In this document: positions 16,074 through 26,570 of the stretch, piece by piece
Layout: each line of letters begins with the position of its first letter
How positions within the stretch are numbered: the first letter of the stretch is position 1
NCBI GenBank assembly: GCA_044350705.1
Contig: JBILHA010000002.1
Span: forward strand, 242,295-306,294
Direction of reading: 5' to 3'
Source: Candidatus Kapaibacterium sp.
GTDB taxonomy: Bacteria > Patescibacteriota > Patescibacteriia > UBA9934
DNA length: 64,000 nt
Notes under the pieces: model-generated
What the model was told of the DNA's origin: nothing
Database searches by the model: none
The model's input: only the letters and a program-made list of their open reading frames with translations
Program-made: the position numbers and the translations under genes

Positions 16074-17192
16074 ATGTCGCGCATTGCTATTGATATTCGA
16101 CCGCTCGTTGATCGCCACATGACTGGCGTGGGTTTTGCCCTCCTTGAAGCGCTTCGCATACTCCTTCCGCACGCCTCTCCTGCTCGTGAATATCTTCTTT
16201 TTGTCTCAGGAAGCGATGAAACTCTTTCCCGACTCCCTGAGCTTCCCCGAAATCCTCATGTCACCCTTATTAAAAAAAACATCCCCAATAAACTCGTTAC
16301 TCTTTGGTCGCTCTTTCAAAACGATGCGCTGGATAACCTCATTGGTGAGCCTTTTGATGCCTGGTGGTTCCCAAATTGGACGGTCATCTCCACGCAAAAG
16401 CCCTTCGCTCTCACCGTGCATGATGCAAGCTTCGTTCATACTCCCCACTTCTATACGCGTCTTGATCGTGCCCTTGTTCGCCTTGCTCAGCCTCATCGTG
16501 CCGCAGAACGCGCCATCCACTGCATCACCGTCTCTCCCCATACCGCGGCGGATATTCAAGATCTTTGGTGTCTTTCCCCCGCGAAAATTCACATTGCCCC
16601 CCTCGGTGTTGATCCTTCTTTTTTTGGCATTCGAGAGCAGCCGTCAGATCGGTCTTATCGAGCGAGCTACGACTTAAATCGCCCGTATCTTTTATCACTT
16701 GCAACGCACGAACCGAGAAAAAATATCATTGGCATTCTTGAGGGGTATCAAGAGGCTCGGCGCATTTCCCCTCACGCTCTTCCTCCCCTTGTTCTTGCCG
16801 GAGTCCATCGTCAACATCTCCCCCCTCACCTTCTTGAGCACGTACACATTCTCGGATATATCCCCAGCAAACACCGCGCCGCACTTTTGCGAGGTGCATA
16901 TGCGCTTCTTTTTCCCTCATTTAACGAAGGTTTCGGCCTCCCCGTTGCTGAAGCGCTCTCCTGTGGAACCCCCGTTGTTACCAGCGTCGCCACCCCCCCA
17001 AGCTCTCTTTTTTCCTCCGGAGTTTTTCCTGCCGACCCTTACAATATCGCCGACATTGCAAGCGCCCTCCTGTCCTGCTTACGCTACGGAAAGGATTCTG
17101 AAAAGCAGCTTCTCATGCACGAACAAACACGCCCTTTCACATGGAAAAGGCATGTCGATGTTTTAGAGCATGTTTTTCAACGTCTTTGTTAG
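16074..17192 (+). CDS. Glycosyltransferase (GT-B, GT4/GT1-like)
   Basis: FNEGFGLPVAEALSCGTPVV motif; 372 aa. Confidence 0.75.
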   Translation: MSRIAIDIRPLVDRHMTGVGFALLEALRILLPHASPAREYLLFVSGSDETLSRLPELPRNPHVTLIKKNIPNKLVTLWSLFQNDALDNLIGEPFDAWWFPNWTVISTQKPFALTVHDASFVHTPHFYTRLDRALVRLAQPHRAAERAIHCITVSPHTAADIQDLWCLSPAKIHIAPLGVDPSFFGIREQPSDRSYRASYDLNRPYLLSLATHEPRKNIIGILEGYQEARRISPHALPPLVLAGVHRQHLPPHLLEHVHILGYIPSKHRAALLRGAYALLFPSFNEGFGLPVAEALSCGTPVVTSVATPPSSLFSSGVFPADPYNIADIASALLSCLRYGKDSEKQLLMHEQTRPFTWKRHVDVLEHVFQRLC

Positions 17193-19078
17193 TCCGTTAC
17201 TATTCCCTTTCCTCCGGCAACTCCATCGCTCGGCATCTCCGTCGTTATCTCTCCGCTTTGCGCAGTAATAATTGCACCCGTTTGTGCATCAACTGCCCTG
17301 AGCACGGTACTTGAGAGAAGCTTCCCGTACGTATCTACGTCTTCTTCTCCGGGAGTGTATACAACCTCAATTTGGGCGCTGCCCGCGGCTACGTCTTCTG
17401 CGACTTCTGCAATGCTCCACGTCAGCACCCGTGAACTACTCTCGTAGGAAACTCCTCCTAGCGTTGTATTTCTCACTGCCTGAAAACGGACGTCAGGAGG
17501 GAGTGTTGCGGTAACGGTTACGTCCTGCAGCGCATGGAGCGTTCTTGCAAATGACCATGAAAGGAGAAACATCGTCTCTTGGCCCACCTTAGGAGGAAAT
17601 GCACCTGAGCCCAAGGGAGCCCCGCTTTCATTGTAATACCGAGCCTCCGAGGAAATAGAAGCATTCGCATTCATCTCTACGGTGAGCGGCAAACTCTGCA
17701 CGCGTACTCCTCCGCTGGTAACATATGCCGTTACCGTGAATGATGACTGCTGTCCTGCGGCTATCTCCTCTTTGAGCGGAAAGATGAACGAATACGTTTT
17801 CCGTTCGTTGGGCGCTAAGGTTCCTACATCTCCGGACGCCAGCACTACCCCCTGTGCGGTAATCTTTGCTTTTCCTATCGTTGCCTGACTCCATACGATT
17901 GGCACTCCTGTTTCGGGCTGGAAATCGAGGAGGATTTGCGCATCACTTACGGCTGCCTCTGAAATGTTCGCTAACTGTACGCTTAAACGAATTTGATCTC
18001 CCGGAGCAACGGAAGCTTGTGAAGTTGCTCCATTTCCGGCTAAAACAATGCTCAGCGATCCACCCTGGACATCCGTAAACCATGTTGCCTCTGTTTGCTT
18101 ATATGCATCTCCTTTTTGATTTTTCAGAAAACTGATCAGTTTTATCTCTTGCAGATCATCTACCTCGCTCGCAAATGAACCTTGAACACTTTGCGTTACT
18201 GAGGCGCCCGGCTGCAACGTGCCAAGCGACCATACGGTTCCCTGCCCGCCTGGAATTTCTGGAGCCCAGGTCTGTGCAACAAAACCTTCAGGAAAGACAA
18301 ATTCTCCCTCTCCTTCTACGGGGAAGCTTCCGGTGTTTGTAAATGTTGCGGTATAGGTTACCTGCTCTCCTGCCGTTGCCTTCTCAGGTCCAGACAAGGT
18401 TGCACTCAGCATGCTCTCATGGAGGGCAACGTCTGCGGTAGTGATATGGGAGAAGTCCGCGTTGAAGTTGGCGGGACGATATGTCGTTACTACCTGGATG
18501 CGATCATCTTGAGGAACATCCGCATACCATCGTCCGGTCAGGGCAATCTTTCCATCTGAATGTTGGCCAAGTGTCCCCACATTCCATACTAGCTGCTCCC
18601 TATTCGTAGGAGCGGGTTGAAATGATGTCGGTTCAAATCCTTGAGGGATATTTATATCGAGTGCCAGCTGTGCCAGGGCAACGCTCCGTGGGTTTGCGTA
18701 CACAATCTCGATCGTCACCTCTTCTCCACTTTTAATTGTCTGGGGGGTATGAATAGCAATACTTACCGCATCCTCTGTTCCATCTGCGCTCTTCCACCAC
18801 GTCCAACCTACAAACGCACTTCCTCCTCCGAACAGCAAAAGAATGAGGGCTAGCACGATCCTCCCGAGGATTCTCGTCAGTCCTCCGGGCGCCTTTGTCA
18901 CCACGCTTAAATCCGTGTCATCGCCTTTGTAGATCGCACGGAGTCCCTTTTCGATATCATCTGCATTGTGCGCAACTTGCTTTTCGACCGCCTCATCCGC
19001 AATCATGCCTTCTTCACGCATGTGCACATGCGTGAAGTCTTTCTTCTTTTTTGCATGCCCCTCCTTTTTTGGTCGCAT
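17189..19078 (-). CDS. Membrane-anchored surface protein with repeated beta-rich (DUF11/CARDB-like) domains; hypothetical
   Basis: 629 aa. N-terminal TM RILGRIVLALILLLFGGGSAFVGW, then long Thr/Ser/Val-rich repeated segments. Confidence 0.55.
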   Translation of the reverse strand: MRPKKEGHAKKKKDFTHVHMREEGMIADEAVEKQVAHNADDIEKGLRAIYKGDDTDLSVVTKAPGGLTRILGRIVLALILLLFGGGSAFVGWTWWKSADGTEDAVSIAIHTPQTIKSGEEVTIEIVYANPRSVALAQLALDINIPQGFEPTSFQPAPTNREQLVWNVGTLGQHSDGKIALTGRWYADVPQDDRIQVVTTYRPANFNADFSHITTADVALHESMLSATLSGPEKATAGEQVTYTATFTNTGSFPVEGEGEFVFPEGFVAQTWAPEIPGGQGTVWSLGTLQPGASVTQSVQGSFASEVDDLQEIKLISFLKNQKGDAYKQTEATWFTDVQGGSLSIVLAGNGATSQASVAPGDQIRLSVQLANISEAAVSDAQILLDFQPETGVPIVWSQATIGKAKITAQGVVLASGDVGTLAPNERKTYSFIFPLKEEIAAGQQSSFTVTAYVTSGGVRVQSLPLTVEMNANASISSEARYYNESGAPLGSGAFPPKVGQETMFLLSWSFARTLHALQDVTVTATLPPDVRFQAVRNTTLGGVSYESSSRVLTWSIAEVAEDVAAGSAQIEVVYTPGEEDVDTYGKLLSSTVLRAVDAQTGAIITAQSGEITTEMPSDGVAGGKGIVTD

Positions 19079-19080
19079 AT

Positions 19081-21747
19081 TTAGCGCTCAAAAATCCACC
19101 CCGCAAAAAGGTCATTTTGCTGGGATTCTATAAATACTTCCCGATCTTCATCTTGATCCGAGGACCATAGCTGAGAAAACGATGCGGGGGCATGAACTCG
19201 CACAAGTACGTTTTGCGCTACTCCTGATTGCTTTTGCACGACCATTGCGTATGACAACGCTTCTCGAGCTCCAAATACTTGCTTCGCCACCTCCCATGCA
19301 CCCTCTTCTGGGGTTCGCATTGCACGCCAAGGCAAACGATAGGTAAACGTTACTATCTGCGTTTCCCCTGGTGCAGTTTGTATCCAATTTCCAAATACTG
19401 TCTTTCCTTGCTCGTTCCAAATATCTGTTTGCGTAATTGGATCTTTATCAATATTTTGCATTGCAAGCTCAAGATCCTCATCTATCACCAATGGATACTC
19501 TGCGGTCTGGAATAACTCTCCGGGGGGAACTTCAAATCCTGTTCCCGTAATATACGTGCTTCCTTGGGGAACATAGATGCGTAAATAATTGACATTATTT
19601 ATTCCCGTAAACAGCGCATTCACCATGCCGCGGTGTGTTTGCGTAATCGTTACAGTGTTTTCAATCGTTCCATCTTCAGCGATATACGCGTCCACCGTTA
19701 CGTCGCGCGCAATTACCGCATCCGTCTTTCCTCCCCCTACATTCGTATTTACTACCATGAGGTAATCATCTGCAGTTGCACGCACCTCTCCGGTCCACCC
19801 TAATTCTTTCATGGTTGCCTGCATGGTGTTATCTGAAAAATACACCTGCATATCCTTTGTATTCAGTGCATCGACAAACGCACTCGCTACCTTCATGAGT
19901 GTTTGCGCATCAGCGGTTTCTAACTTCTTGAAAATAAGTTCCGTCAGCTCTCCCACCGCTGCTTTTGGTGCATTCTGCGCCTTGTCATAGTCAATTTCTA
20001 CCTCTTTTTGGAGCTCAAAAAGTACATTTTCCGCATTGAGCTCCGTGCCATCTGCAAGCGTCAACGGACCCACTACCGTCAGCATTTTTTCTAACACCGA
20101 TGCATTGATCGCGAGCACGCCATCTACCGAAGGTCCTCCTGCCGACTGGTAAAACCATAACATTTTTCTTGCCGAGGTCGGGAAATCGGGGAACCAATTT
20201 GCATCCTGGAATTCCCAGCGAGGACGCAATAATTGGAGCGGTCCGGGTGCCGCCACAAATGCCCTTAATTGTCCTTGAACGTCATACGTCCCTCCTCCGG
20301 GAATGATCATTTCTTCAATTGCACCGTCTTCAAACGCTACCTCCGCAAAAGACCCCATAAATCCTCCCGTTGGACGGAGTTCGGTGTTATTTTGAAATAC
20401 CACCATATAACGCCGCTTGTCCTGTCCTCCTAAAATTGCTCCCAAAGCATCTGCATGGACGATTACCTCTTCAAAGCTTTGCGCAAGCACGGGAACAAGC
20501 CTAACCATACGCGCCACTTTTTCCCTTGTTTCTTCAGGAATGACTTCAAGGTCCACGTGCTCTGCAGCAGATGCTGCACGCTTCATTTCTGGAAGTGCCT
20601 CTTCGGTATATGCCACCATGACCGCCAAGCGATCAGTCACGCTTAGTGCTTGAGCAGCTGATACCTCTTCTATGCCTCGCGCAAGTAGGGCCGAGGCTCG
20701 CGAAACACTCTCGCCAATATCTAAGAGCGCCTCGGCTGTAGAGGCAGTTTTTTCCGTAGAAGGAATAAGCGAAACCGCAGCAGCAACTACACCGTGCACC
20801 TCCTCAAGAGAAGCGGAGGCGGAGGCGAAAGCTCCTGATGCATTTCCAAATAATGCACTTGCCGCTGAAAAGTTTTGTTCTTGCAATGCATCTGCCCCTC
20901 GTAAAAACTGACTCAGTCCTGCTGAGCCCTGGGCCTCTACTGCATGCTTTGTCGAAAGCGCATCAGCGAATACGAATGACGCCTGCAGAGGAAGAAGTAC
21001 TATTGCCGCCAACGTTGCAAATGCAAGCGATGCCTTTGCGTGAACCTTCCACTGTTTTTTTGGAAGCGTCATCACCTGTAAACCTTTCGCTTCTTCTCCT
21101 ACCACCCTCTCCTCCTGTCCGTTTGCATAGGAGATCACATACGCTTCCCTTTCCTCTTCCGATATTTTCTCCTCTTTTTCTTCTTCTTGCGTATGCTCTT
21201 TCTCTGGAAGCACTAACTGATCTAGCACTTCCTCAAGCACCACCTCTTGTTTCTTTTCTTCCTGCTCATCGGCAAGAAGATCAGCAAAGATGTCTCGTGG
21301 CTCTCCTCTGAGAACCTCTATCGCAGGGACTGCGAGATCATATCCGCGTTCCGCAGGATATGGAGCAATTATTGGCAACTCATCTTTTCCGTTTTCTTCT
21401 ATGATCTGTGCGATTGCATGATCTTCTGCAAAGTGCAGCTTTCCTTCATGGTATTCAACAAGCGGGGCCTCATCGGGAAAAATATCCGCATCCTCAATGA
21501 TAAAACTTTCTCCAAGAGGTTCTCCTTTTTTGTGAGAAAGCTTCACGATATAGGGCGAGAGCATTTCCGGAGTTCCTTTATGCATTTTTATGCCCCTCCC
21601 CTCTTCACCTGATTCTCCATGACGAATCAGGCGCTCGGGGAGCGCATCATCAAAGGGCTGCAGTGGCTTCTTTTGTTCATCGCTCACAGACGAGGGAATG
21701 CATGTGTTAAGTACACTTCTTTCATTTCTTTCGCGCACTCTTCCCAA
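19081..21747 (-). CDS. DUF4012-domain membrane protein (commonly paired with glycosyltransferases in Patescibacteria)
   Basis: C-terminal YMVVFQNNTELRPTGGFMGSFAEV...FQDANWFPDFP...GVLAINASVLEKML pattern. N-terminal TM. The start may be the later ATG near 21585, which would avoid a 64-nt overlap with the upstream GT4. Confidence 0.6.
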   Translation of the reverse strand: MGRVRERNERSVLNTCIPSSVSDEQKKPLQPFDDALPERLIRHGESGEEGRGIKMHKGTPEMLSPYIVKLSHKKGEPLGESFIIEDADIFPDEAPLVEYHEGKLHFAEDHAIAQIIEENGKDELPIIAPYPAERGYDLAVPAIEVLRGEPRDIFADLLADEQEEKKQEVVLEEVLDQLVLPEKEHTQEEEKEEKISEEEREAYVISYANGQEERVVGEEAKGLQVMTLPKKQWKVHAKASLAFATLAAIVLLPLQASFVFADALSTKHAVEAQGSAGLSQFLRGADALQEQNFSAASALFGNASGAFASASASLEEVHGVVAAAVSLIPSTEKTASTAEALLDIGESVSRASALLARGIEEVSAAQALSVTDRLAVMVAYTEEALPEMKRAASAAEHVDLEVIPEETREKVARMVRLVPVLAQSFEEVIVHADALGAILGGQDKRRYMVVFQNNTELRPTGGFMGSFAEVAFEDGAIEEMIIPGGGTYDVQGQLRAFVAAPGPLQLLRPRWEFQDANWFPDFPTSARKMLWFYQSAGGPSVDGVLAINASVLEKMLTVVGPLTLADGTELNAENVLFELQKEVEIDYDKAQNAPKAAVGELTELIFKKLETADAQTLMKVASAFVDALNTKDMQVYFSDNTMQATMKELGWTGEVRATADDYLMVVNTNVGGGKTDAVIARDVTVDAYIAEDGTIENTVTITQTHRGMVNALFTGINNVNYLRIYVPQGSTYITGTGFEVPPGELFQTAEYPLVIDEDLELAMQNIDKDPITQTDIWNEQGKTVFGNWIQTAPGETQIVTFTYRLPWRAMRTPEEGAWEVAKQVFGAREALSYAMVVQKQSGVAQNVLVRVHAPASFSQLWSSDQDEDREVFIESQQNDLFAGWIFER

Positions 21748-22814
21748 TTATACCTCTTCGCTTGACGCGCCGCGGAAGCAATCAAGGTTTTCCATGTTTC
21801 TGGAGATTCAACCGCATGCTTCATAACGGCCGCCCATGCTGAGGGATCTTCTGCGGGAACAAACTGCGCACTCTCCTTGAGGGTTTCGTGGAAGATTGGA
21901 ATATCACTTACGGCGATAGGCGTCTTGAGGAGCGCAGCCTCAAGGGGAGGGATGCCAAACCCTTCAATACGAGCGGGATGGGCGACGAGTGATGCGTGCG
22001 TAATTAGTTCATGTATTTCACCATCGGTGGGGGCATGGATAAAGCGCACCCGTTCACTTACCCCGAGACGCTCAGCGGTCTTTTTTACTTTTTCTCCAAA
22101 GGCGTCATATCTCCCTGCGAATACAAGCTGCAACTGCGGTATATCTTCGCATTCCTTCAGCGCTTCAAGAAGTACCCCTTGATTTTTATGAGGGTACATA
22201 TTCCCCAACGCTAATACATAGGGCTTGTTCACCCCCATTCCCTCGATACTTGCTTGTTTATCGTACGCGGGTGGCTTTACCCCCTGATATACTACAGAGA
22301 TTTTTTGAGGTTTCACTCGAAAATGCGAAAGGATACTCCTCTTCGTGTAGCCAGAGACCGCTACAATATGACGCGATGCATGCACGGCATGCTCAAGTAC
22401 GTGTCGAAATGCCGCGTATTTCACTCCATGCACAATCGCATTTCTTGTTGTTGCATGTGCGGCCTGCCTGTCCTCAAGAGGGATCAGGTCATGCAGCGTC
22501 ACGATAAAAGGTACGCGGGACCAAAGAGGAACATTCCAATGCGGGTAATGCATTGCCTGTACCTTGGATAACAAAATTTCCTTTGGAAATGCGAACTGTT
22601 CCTTCGCTGAATACCAGGGAATATCTACTAAGCGTTTTGAAAAATTTTTTCGTTTGATGACAAAATCATGGAAGTTCTCTTTTTTGAGAAAAACCACATA
22701 TTCTGTTTCTTTATCGATCTCCTGCAGATGCATCACTAACTCAGCGATGTAGCGGCCAATACCGCCACCGCCAACGCGTGGTCCAAACATGCGGGCATCA
22801 ATACCCAACCTCAT
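21684..22814 (-). CDS. Glycosyltransferase family 4
   Basis: 376 aa with GT-B fold motifs (HDLIPLE..., EGFGIPPLEA). Confidence 0.8.
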   Translation of the reverse strand: MRLGIDARMFGPRVGGGGIGRYIAELVMHLQEIDKETEYVVFLKKENFHDFVIKRKNFSKRLVDIPWYSAKEQFAFPKEILLSKVQAMHYPHWNVPLWSRVPFIVTLHDLIPLEDRQAAHATTRNAIVHGVKYAAFRHVLEHAVHASRHIVAVSGYTKRSILSHFRVKPQKISVVYQGVKPPAYDKQASIEGMGVNKPYVLALGNMYPHKNQGVLLEALKECEDIPQLQLVFAGRYDAFGEKVKKTAERLGVSERVRFIHAPTDGEIHELITHASLVAHPARIEGFGIPPLEAALLKTPIAVSDIPIFHETLKESAQFVPAEDPSAWAAVMKHAVESPETWKTLIASAARQAKRYNWEECAKEMKEVYLTHAFPRL

Positions 22815-22853
22815 GCAGGTATTTTATCATGCCGTGTACAAAAAATGTGCACA

Positions 22854-23279
22854 CTACTCCTCCCCACTCGATCGTCTTGTTGCCTTCTTTTGTCCGAGTT
22901 TCTTTTTTTGTGTGATACGACGCTCTCGAGAACTTCTCGTCGGTCTTGTAGGAATGCGAACTTCAGGGACATGGAGTGCGTCTCGAATAAGTTCTTCAAG
23001 TCTGGCTTTTGCGAGGTGTTTATTCTCGAGTTGTGAACGTGTCGTTTGGCTCTTTGCGGTAAGCTCTCCCTCTTGCGTCAGTTGATGGCGTAATTTCTCC
23101 CCCAATCTCCGACGCTCTTCGTAGGTCAACATCGTTAAACGCCAAATATTTACCCGCGCACGTACTGCTGAGTCTGTGGTATTTACTCCCTGCCCTCCTT
23201 TTCCTCCTGACCGCATCGTTTCGTAGGAAATGAGGTGATCAGGAAGTATGAAATTTCGATAGAGACTCCCCCGCGTCAT
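22854..23279 (-). CDS. arfB: Peptidyl-tRNA hydrolase ArfB (alternative ribosome-rescue factor, RF-1 domain with GGQ)
   Basis: 141 aa. GGKGGQGVNTTDSAV GGQ motif plus basic C-terminal tail. Confidence 0.75.
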   Translation of the reverse strand: MTRGSLYRNFILPDHLISYETMRSGGKGGQGVNTTDSAVRARVNIWRLTMLTYEERRRLGEKLRHQLTQEGELTAKSQTTRSQLENKHLAKARLEELIRDALHVPEVRIPTRPTRSSRERRITQKKKLGQKKATRRSSGEE

Positions 23280-23281
23280 AC

Positions 23282-24229
23282 CTAAGACCGTCCTCGCACT
23301 TTTCTTGCTAAGCGGTACATCTTATATGCAAGCGGACGGATAGGAATATCAAAGGTTCCCGGCATGTGCACACGCTCTCCTCCGAATCCTGCTTTAAAGC
23401 GCGTGATTCCTGCCCATGCGTGAGTTGCATCAGCCCCCTCTGGAGCCACGCCCCAAAAGTCATATTGCTCCATTCCTTTCTTTATCGCTTCTTCCATCAG
23501 TGTGGCATGAAGCGCATACGGCGCCATGACTTCCCTGTCGGTATTTGCCGATGCCCCATGCAAATACGTGCGGTTTTTTTCCGCATCAATCATGATATTT
23601 GCCGCGAGATCTTTCCCATCATAGGTTGCAAATGCGAAAAAAGCGGAGCAGGTTGGTCCTTGAAACCTTTCTACAATCGCTCGATATCGATCTGGAGCGT
23701 GTGCATGAAACCCATCTCGCTCTGCAGTTTGCCGCATCAGTGCCATGAATCGAGAAAGTCCTTCGACGCCTGCATATTCAACTTGCACTCCCTTTTTCTG
23801 AGCCAAACGAATATTGTACCGCGTTTTCGGCTTCATTCGTGCGTACATCTCTTCAATATCCTTGGGAAGATTAACAATCATGGTGTGCGCAGGGTGGCGC
23901 TCGGTCGCAAAGATGCTTTCTTCCGACACTTGATCAGGTTCAATTTTGACAAAAGCACTTCCTTCGCACGCCTTTTTGAGCACCTCAAGGCGGGTCTTCA
24001 AGGGCGCATTCCCTAAAGGCGCTTTCGGAAAGAGCCAATACGAAGCCTTCAGGGGAAGGGGCTGCCAAATGCCCTGCGCAAGCACCACGCCTTCCGGCGT
24101 CTTTTCATATATCCGTTTTATGGGAGCACCTAATGACATTTGCACTTCTCCCCATTCCCACATCTGCAAAAAAGCTCCGAAAGGAGGAGCGTATTTTTCT
24201 ACTTCTTTGTTCCAATCTTGGGGAGACAT
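23282..24229 (-). CDS. FemAB-family aminoacyltransferase (peptidoglycan interpeptide bridge formation), putative
   Basis: 315 aa; overall FemAB-like pattern. Family assignment is from sequence feel only. Confidence 0.5.
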   Translation of the reverse strand: MSPQDWNKEVEKYAPPFGAFLQMWEWGEVQMSLGAPIKRIYEKTPEGVVLAQGIWQPLPLKASYWLFPKAPLGNAPLKTRLEVLKKACEGSAFVKIEPDQVSEESIFATERHPAHTMIVNLPKDIEEMYARMKPKTRYNIRLAQKKGVQVEYAGVEGLSRFMALMRQTAERDGFHAHAPDRYRAIVERFQGPTCSAFFAFATYDGKDLAANIMIDAEKNRTYLHGASANTDREVMAPYALHATLMEEAIKKGMEQYDFWGVAPEGADATHAWAGITRFKAGFGGERVHMPGTFDIPIRPLAYKMYRLARKVRGRS

Positions 24230-24231
24230 AT

Positions 24232-24774
24232 TTATTTCTTTCCGAGCATACGGAGAGCTGCTTTGATGCGTTCTTCTGATGACTCTCCCTGTACGTGAGG
24301 TAACACTGCCGCAATATCTTCTTTTGAATATCCAAGTCCTGCAAGCGCATCTGCCGCGTCATCTTGCAGTGCAGGCCCTCCCACCTCAACCAAAATTCCT
24401 TTCAAATCTAAGATGATTTTTTGTGCCGTCTTTTTTCCTACTCCTGAAATACCTGTAAGAAATGCAACATCTCCATTGAGAATGGTGCGGCGGATTGTAT
24501 CGGGCGAACCGGCGGACATAATCTTCATGCCTACCTTTGGTCCCACTCCTTGCACGCCAATGAGCGCCTCAAAAAGCACCAGGGCATCTGGCGAAATAAA
24601 GCCGTATAAGTCATGTCGATCTTCACGAATGACTTCTGAAAGATGGAGCGTAACCGCTTTCCCTATTTCTCCTACATCTTCCGAGATTCCTACTCGGTAC
24701 CCCACTCCATGCACATCGAGCACGATCGCGTCTCCTGTTTTTATCGCCACTGTCCCCGTCAAATATGCGAGCAT
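24232..24774 (-). CDS. ruvA: Holliday junction DNA helicase subunit RuvA
   Basis: MLAYLTGTV...DVHGVGYRV N-terminal OB domain; HhH motifs GVGPKVGMKI and ISGVGKKTAQKI. Confidence 0.85.
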   Translation of the reverse strand: MLAYLTGTVAIKTGDAIVLDVHGVGYRVGISEDVGEIGKAVTLHLSEVIREDRHDLYGFISPDALVLFEALIGVQGVGPKVGMKIMSAGSPDTIRRTILNGDVAFLTGISGVGKKTAQKIILDLKGILVEVGGPALQDDAADALAGLGYSKEDIAAVLPHVQGESSEERIKAALRMLGKK

Positions 24775-24780
24775 ATGTTC

Positions 24781-25788
24781 TCACGATTTCGTTTCTTCTT
24801 TTTCTCTCAAGCCTGCACTCCGCATGCGAAGCTCATGTGCGTGCTCCTCCCCTACATACCGCACGTCTTCCCCGTCTTCGATCCCTTTTATGAATCGATC
24901 GAGTATTTTTACTACCTTTCCTCGTTCTTTTCCATGAGGCGTATTCAGTCGCACGAACCATTCTTCTGGCCCCAGTCCCCATTTCTCTCGCAGAGTTTTA
25001 TATGCCTCTTTTTTCTTCCGCTGAGCTCTTAATTCATCTTCCTCTTTTCTCTGCGGAAAAGCTTCATACTCGCGCTCTGCGTATCTGATGAGGAACTGCG
25101 CTTTCTCGAATCCTGTCACCCGTTCATCCAGGCTCCCCCCTATGGCATCGAGCAAAAATGCAGCAGGAAGAAGCGCGAGCATCCGATTGGTGTTTATCCC
25201 TTGGCGGTCTGCGATCGCCGCAGCAGAAGAAAGTACCCTTGATTCTTTCTTGTGCGACATTTCGGTAATTATTTGCATGTGTATGCGCACGAGCTCCCGT
25301 AACAGCTTCCCTTCTGAGGGTGAACAATGTGAAAAATTTAATACCTTCTCTCTAAAATCCGCGTACTTCATATCTGCGCCCTGATGCGCGTGCATGGGGT
25401 AGTGCCAGCCCGTTTCATCGGAGTGCGCCGTATCTTTTTTTCCTATATCGTGCGCGAGAATATACGCGAGCAGAAATTTTTTTTCTTGTACGCATGTTTC
25501 TTGGAGGCGCTCGAAAAATCCTCCCAGATGCTTTGCCGAATGCCACTCATCTACCTTTCCCAAGGAACACTCTTCGTATTGAAGCGCAAAAAGAAACGTG
25601 AGTGCGCGCAGAATATGATCTCGCACCTCAGGACCCTCCGCGTGATGAGGTGCGCTTTGCTTCGTTTGGCACATTGCTAAAAAATCCGCATTTACTTTTG
25701 CGAATTCATGCACGATACTTCGTGCCTTTTCTTGCGCTTCCTTATGCGCCAGACAGCGTTCTTGCCAGAGAGAAAAATGCTCTTCCAT
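24781..25788 (-). CDS. HD-domain phosphohydrolase-like protein, hypothetical
   Basis: LAHDIGK HD motif. The 350-aa ORF overlaps the trmB-like stop; the shorter start is preferred. Confidence 0.45.
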   Translation of the reverse strand: MEEHFSLWQERCLAHKEAQEKARSIVHEFAKVNADFLAMCQTKQSAPHHAEGPEVRDHILRALTFLFALQYEECSLGKVDEWHSAKHLGGFFERLQETCVQEKKFLLAYILAHDIGKKDTAHSDETGWHYPMHAHQGADMKYADFREKVLNFSHCSPSEGKLLRELVRIHMQIITEMSHKKESRVLSSAAAIADRQGINTNRMLALLPAAFLLDAIGGSLDERVTGFEKAQFLIRYAEREYEAFPQRKEEDELRAQRKKKEAYKTLREKWGLGPEEWFVRLNTPHGKERGKVVKILDRFIKGIEDGEDVRYVGEEHAHELRMRSAGLREKEETKS

Positions 25789-25792
25789 ACAT

Positions 25793-26551
25793 TTATGCAG
25801 GAATTTCCACGGGAGTTGCACCCTCCCAGGCAAGGAGAAAGAGTACTCTCATGGTCTCTGCAAAAACATGATGATCAATGACCACAATTTCAATATTTTG
25901 CTGATAATTTAAAAATACCACTCGATTCGCATAAATCCAAAAATTGCCTCTGAACGATTCTCCTCCCATCATCTTTCTATGCGTTACGTGGTGAAATTTC
26001 GGTACAAATGACTCCCCACGATAGAGAAATTTTACTTTTGTACGCTCGTAGTTCACTACTTTTCTCGCTTGATGCACTTTTTCTTTATCTACAGCCATCT
26101 GCATCTGTTCAGTATCCATGAACTCGAGAATCTCTGCAGAGGCTACGCGTTCCACATCTTCAAAGAGCGAGGCCAATCCTTCATATCCGCTTAAAAAACG
26201 TACACGAGGTCGAGTATCCTGTCCTCCCTGCTGTACGCGAAGCTCGGGAGTCATACGCTTCAACGTCTCAAGCTCAGTGGTAAAAAGGGAAAGTCGCTGA
26301 GCAAAATATGCTTCCAACTTCTCTGGATCTTCTGCCAGAAAATTCCACTTTGCTCCTTCTGTCTTCTTCACAACAAGTCCTCGCTTTTCAAGCGATTCGA
26401 GTACTTCATATGCGGCTGTCCTGGAAATCTTTGATTCACGCGCAAGTACTTGCACTGGCTGCGCTCCATATGCAAGCAGCGTAAGATACATTGTTGCTTC
26501 ACATTCAGTTAACCCAAGACGCGTGAGCGTCAAACGAGGATCTGTCGGCAT
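25793..26551 (-). CDS. TrmB-family transcriptional regulator (N-terminal winged-helix)
   Basis: N-terminal TMYLTLLAYGAQPVQVLARESKISRTAAYEVLESLEKRGLV is typical of the TrmB HTH. Confidence 0.65.
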   Translation of the reverse strand: MPTDPRLTLTRLGLTECEATMYLTLLAYGAQPVQVLARESKISRTAAYEVLESLEKRGLVVKKTEGAKWNFLAEDPEKLEAYFAQRLSLFTTELETLKRMTPELRVQQGGQDTRPRVRFLSGYEGLASLFEDVERVASAEILEFMDTEQMQMAVDKEKVHQARKVVNYERTKVKFLYRGESFVPKFHHVTHRKMMGGESFRGNFWIYANRVVFLNYQQNIEIVVIDHHVFAETMRVLFLLAWEGATPVEIPA

Positions 26552-26570
26552 ACTTGCGACACATCTTACC